DNA of 63,991 bases, counting the filler, from Raillietiella orientalis (Eukaryota), in assembly GCA_036172245.1 (NCBI GenBank). It is 4 parts of 4 records of this genome, joined end to end, with 100 filler letters (N's around TTAATTAATTAA, not from the genome) between each part and the next. Parts side by side here need not be neighbours in the genome. Positions count along the whole stretch, not along the records: positions 52,700 to 63,991 come from JAYWIR010000267.1; 3 more parts are not named here. The stretch is one strand, 5' to 3'. Under the pieces are notes generated by a model. That model did not search any database. It was not told the DNA's origin and saw nothing but the letters and a program-made list of their open reading frames with translations. Both the position numbers and the translations under genes were made by a program. This document shows, piece by piece, positions 62,781 to 63,991 of the stretch. Position 1 is the stretch's first letter. Every line of letters begins with the position of its first letter.

Positions 62781-63991
62781 TCCGACCGCAGAAGCACCTA
62801 CTGACACACCTCCGACTCCGACCCAGCCTCGCCCCTATACTTGGGCCTCCACAGAAGACCGCCGTTGCGCAACCAAAAATAGTTGCAGAATCGAATTTGA
62901 AAAGTAGAATATTGTAGAATGCTACAGCATGTAGTGCAGCAGTATTTAGGCCAGATTCCCTCCTCTAAAAATCATTAAGGATTTGTTCAATGTCTGTCTA
63001 TTGCAAGAAAACGTGCCATCATTCCAAATGATCGTTTGCTTCCTTAAAAGAGTCACTCGGACATTTCTTCCAAAGTTTAGTTTCGTGTCCGAATTTATGC
63101 AATGGACATTGGGTATGGTTCTATTTCTAGTTGGTTTCCTTTATCATCATCAGTCTGCAACACGCTGTGACGAATTAACAAGAACAAAGTTGCTTACAGT
63201 CACTGAGAAGTGATCAAAAAAAAAAAAAAAAGTTCACTGGAAGTTCCCAAGAGGATTTCGCTCGCTTTGTGAAATTTCATAATTCATTTCGTTGTTTGGA
63301 TTCGAAAATTCGACGAATGCTACTAAATGATTTCAGTGAACGTAGGTAGGACCTACTTCGATATTTCTCTCTTGTGCCGCTGCTAAACTGAAACCCACAA
63401 GAAGATGCACAGAGCTGTTAAGACAAGTGTACGAATTGTGACAGCACTGTATCGTGATGTAAGTTGTCTGTAGTGAAGTACCAATATTTTCACATCGAGA
63501 AACTGTCAGCTTCTTTGGTGAGCTAATGGACTCTTGAACGCAGAATTTCATTCAAAGAACTCACAAGCAGACTTCCGAGTACGAAGAATTAATAGCACAC
63601 GTGACCTTTGATCTGAACGAAGATTGCTTGCTTTCACAAAGAGACAGATTTTCCAAAATGTTTCTGAGACGACATCTAATGACGTTCGTGATGCATTGAA
63701 GCTGTTTGTATCGTTATCACTTCAGCTGTCATGCAGTGCTTTGCAAGTGATGACGATATTAGGAAGGCAAGGAAAAATTGGGAATGACCCCGGAACACAA
63801 CTACGGCTGCAAATAATATTTTCGCCAACATTGACACTTGGAAGCAAGCTAAGATTAGCATCGTTGATTAGTATTTTATACTATTTTATTTATTTAAATT
63901 GCCGACAAATTTTATACTTTTAATGGAAAACTTGTTGTCAGAATCATTAATTTGAATTTCTACTTTTCTTGCTGTTTATCCATTTACAAGG

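Overview
Eukaryotic invertebrate DNA (ecdysozoan-like, judging by the alpha-spectrin, PSI/FUBP and CUB-domain sequences and ~50-nt introns; species not determinable). The window is not one locus. It is four contigs joined by artificial 100-nt linkers (N44-TTAATTAATTAA-N44). Contigs 1-3 are dominated by a pile-up of L1/Tx1-clade non-LTR retrotransposons (ORF1 with CCHC knuckles; ORF2 with APE, RT and a C-terminal Cys/His motif) from several related families (my labels A-I), nested inside each other, mostly antisense and repeatedly at the same APE and RT coding motifs. They share a 5' RACGTGTTT start motif and end in a hairpin plus only a few A's. A complete U4 snRNA sequence sits directly 5' of a near full-length family-A element. 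Contig 1 starts with a ~277-bp satellite. Contig 2 also holds a frameshifted CUB-domain gene. Contig 4 holds a truncated alpha-spectrin gene that runs in frame into the 3' exons of a PSI/FUBP-like gene. All calls come from reading the sequence and recalled family motifs; no searches were run.
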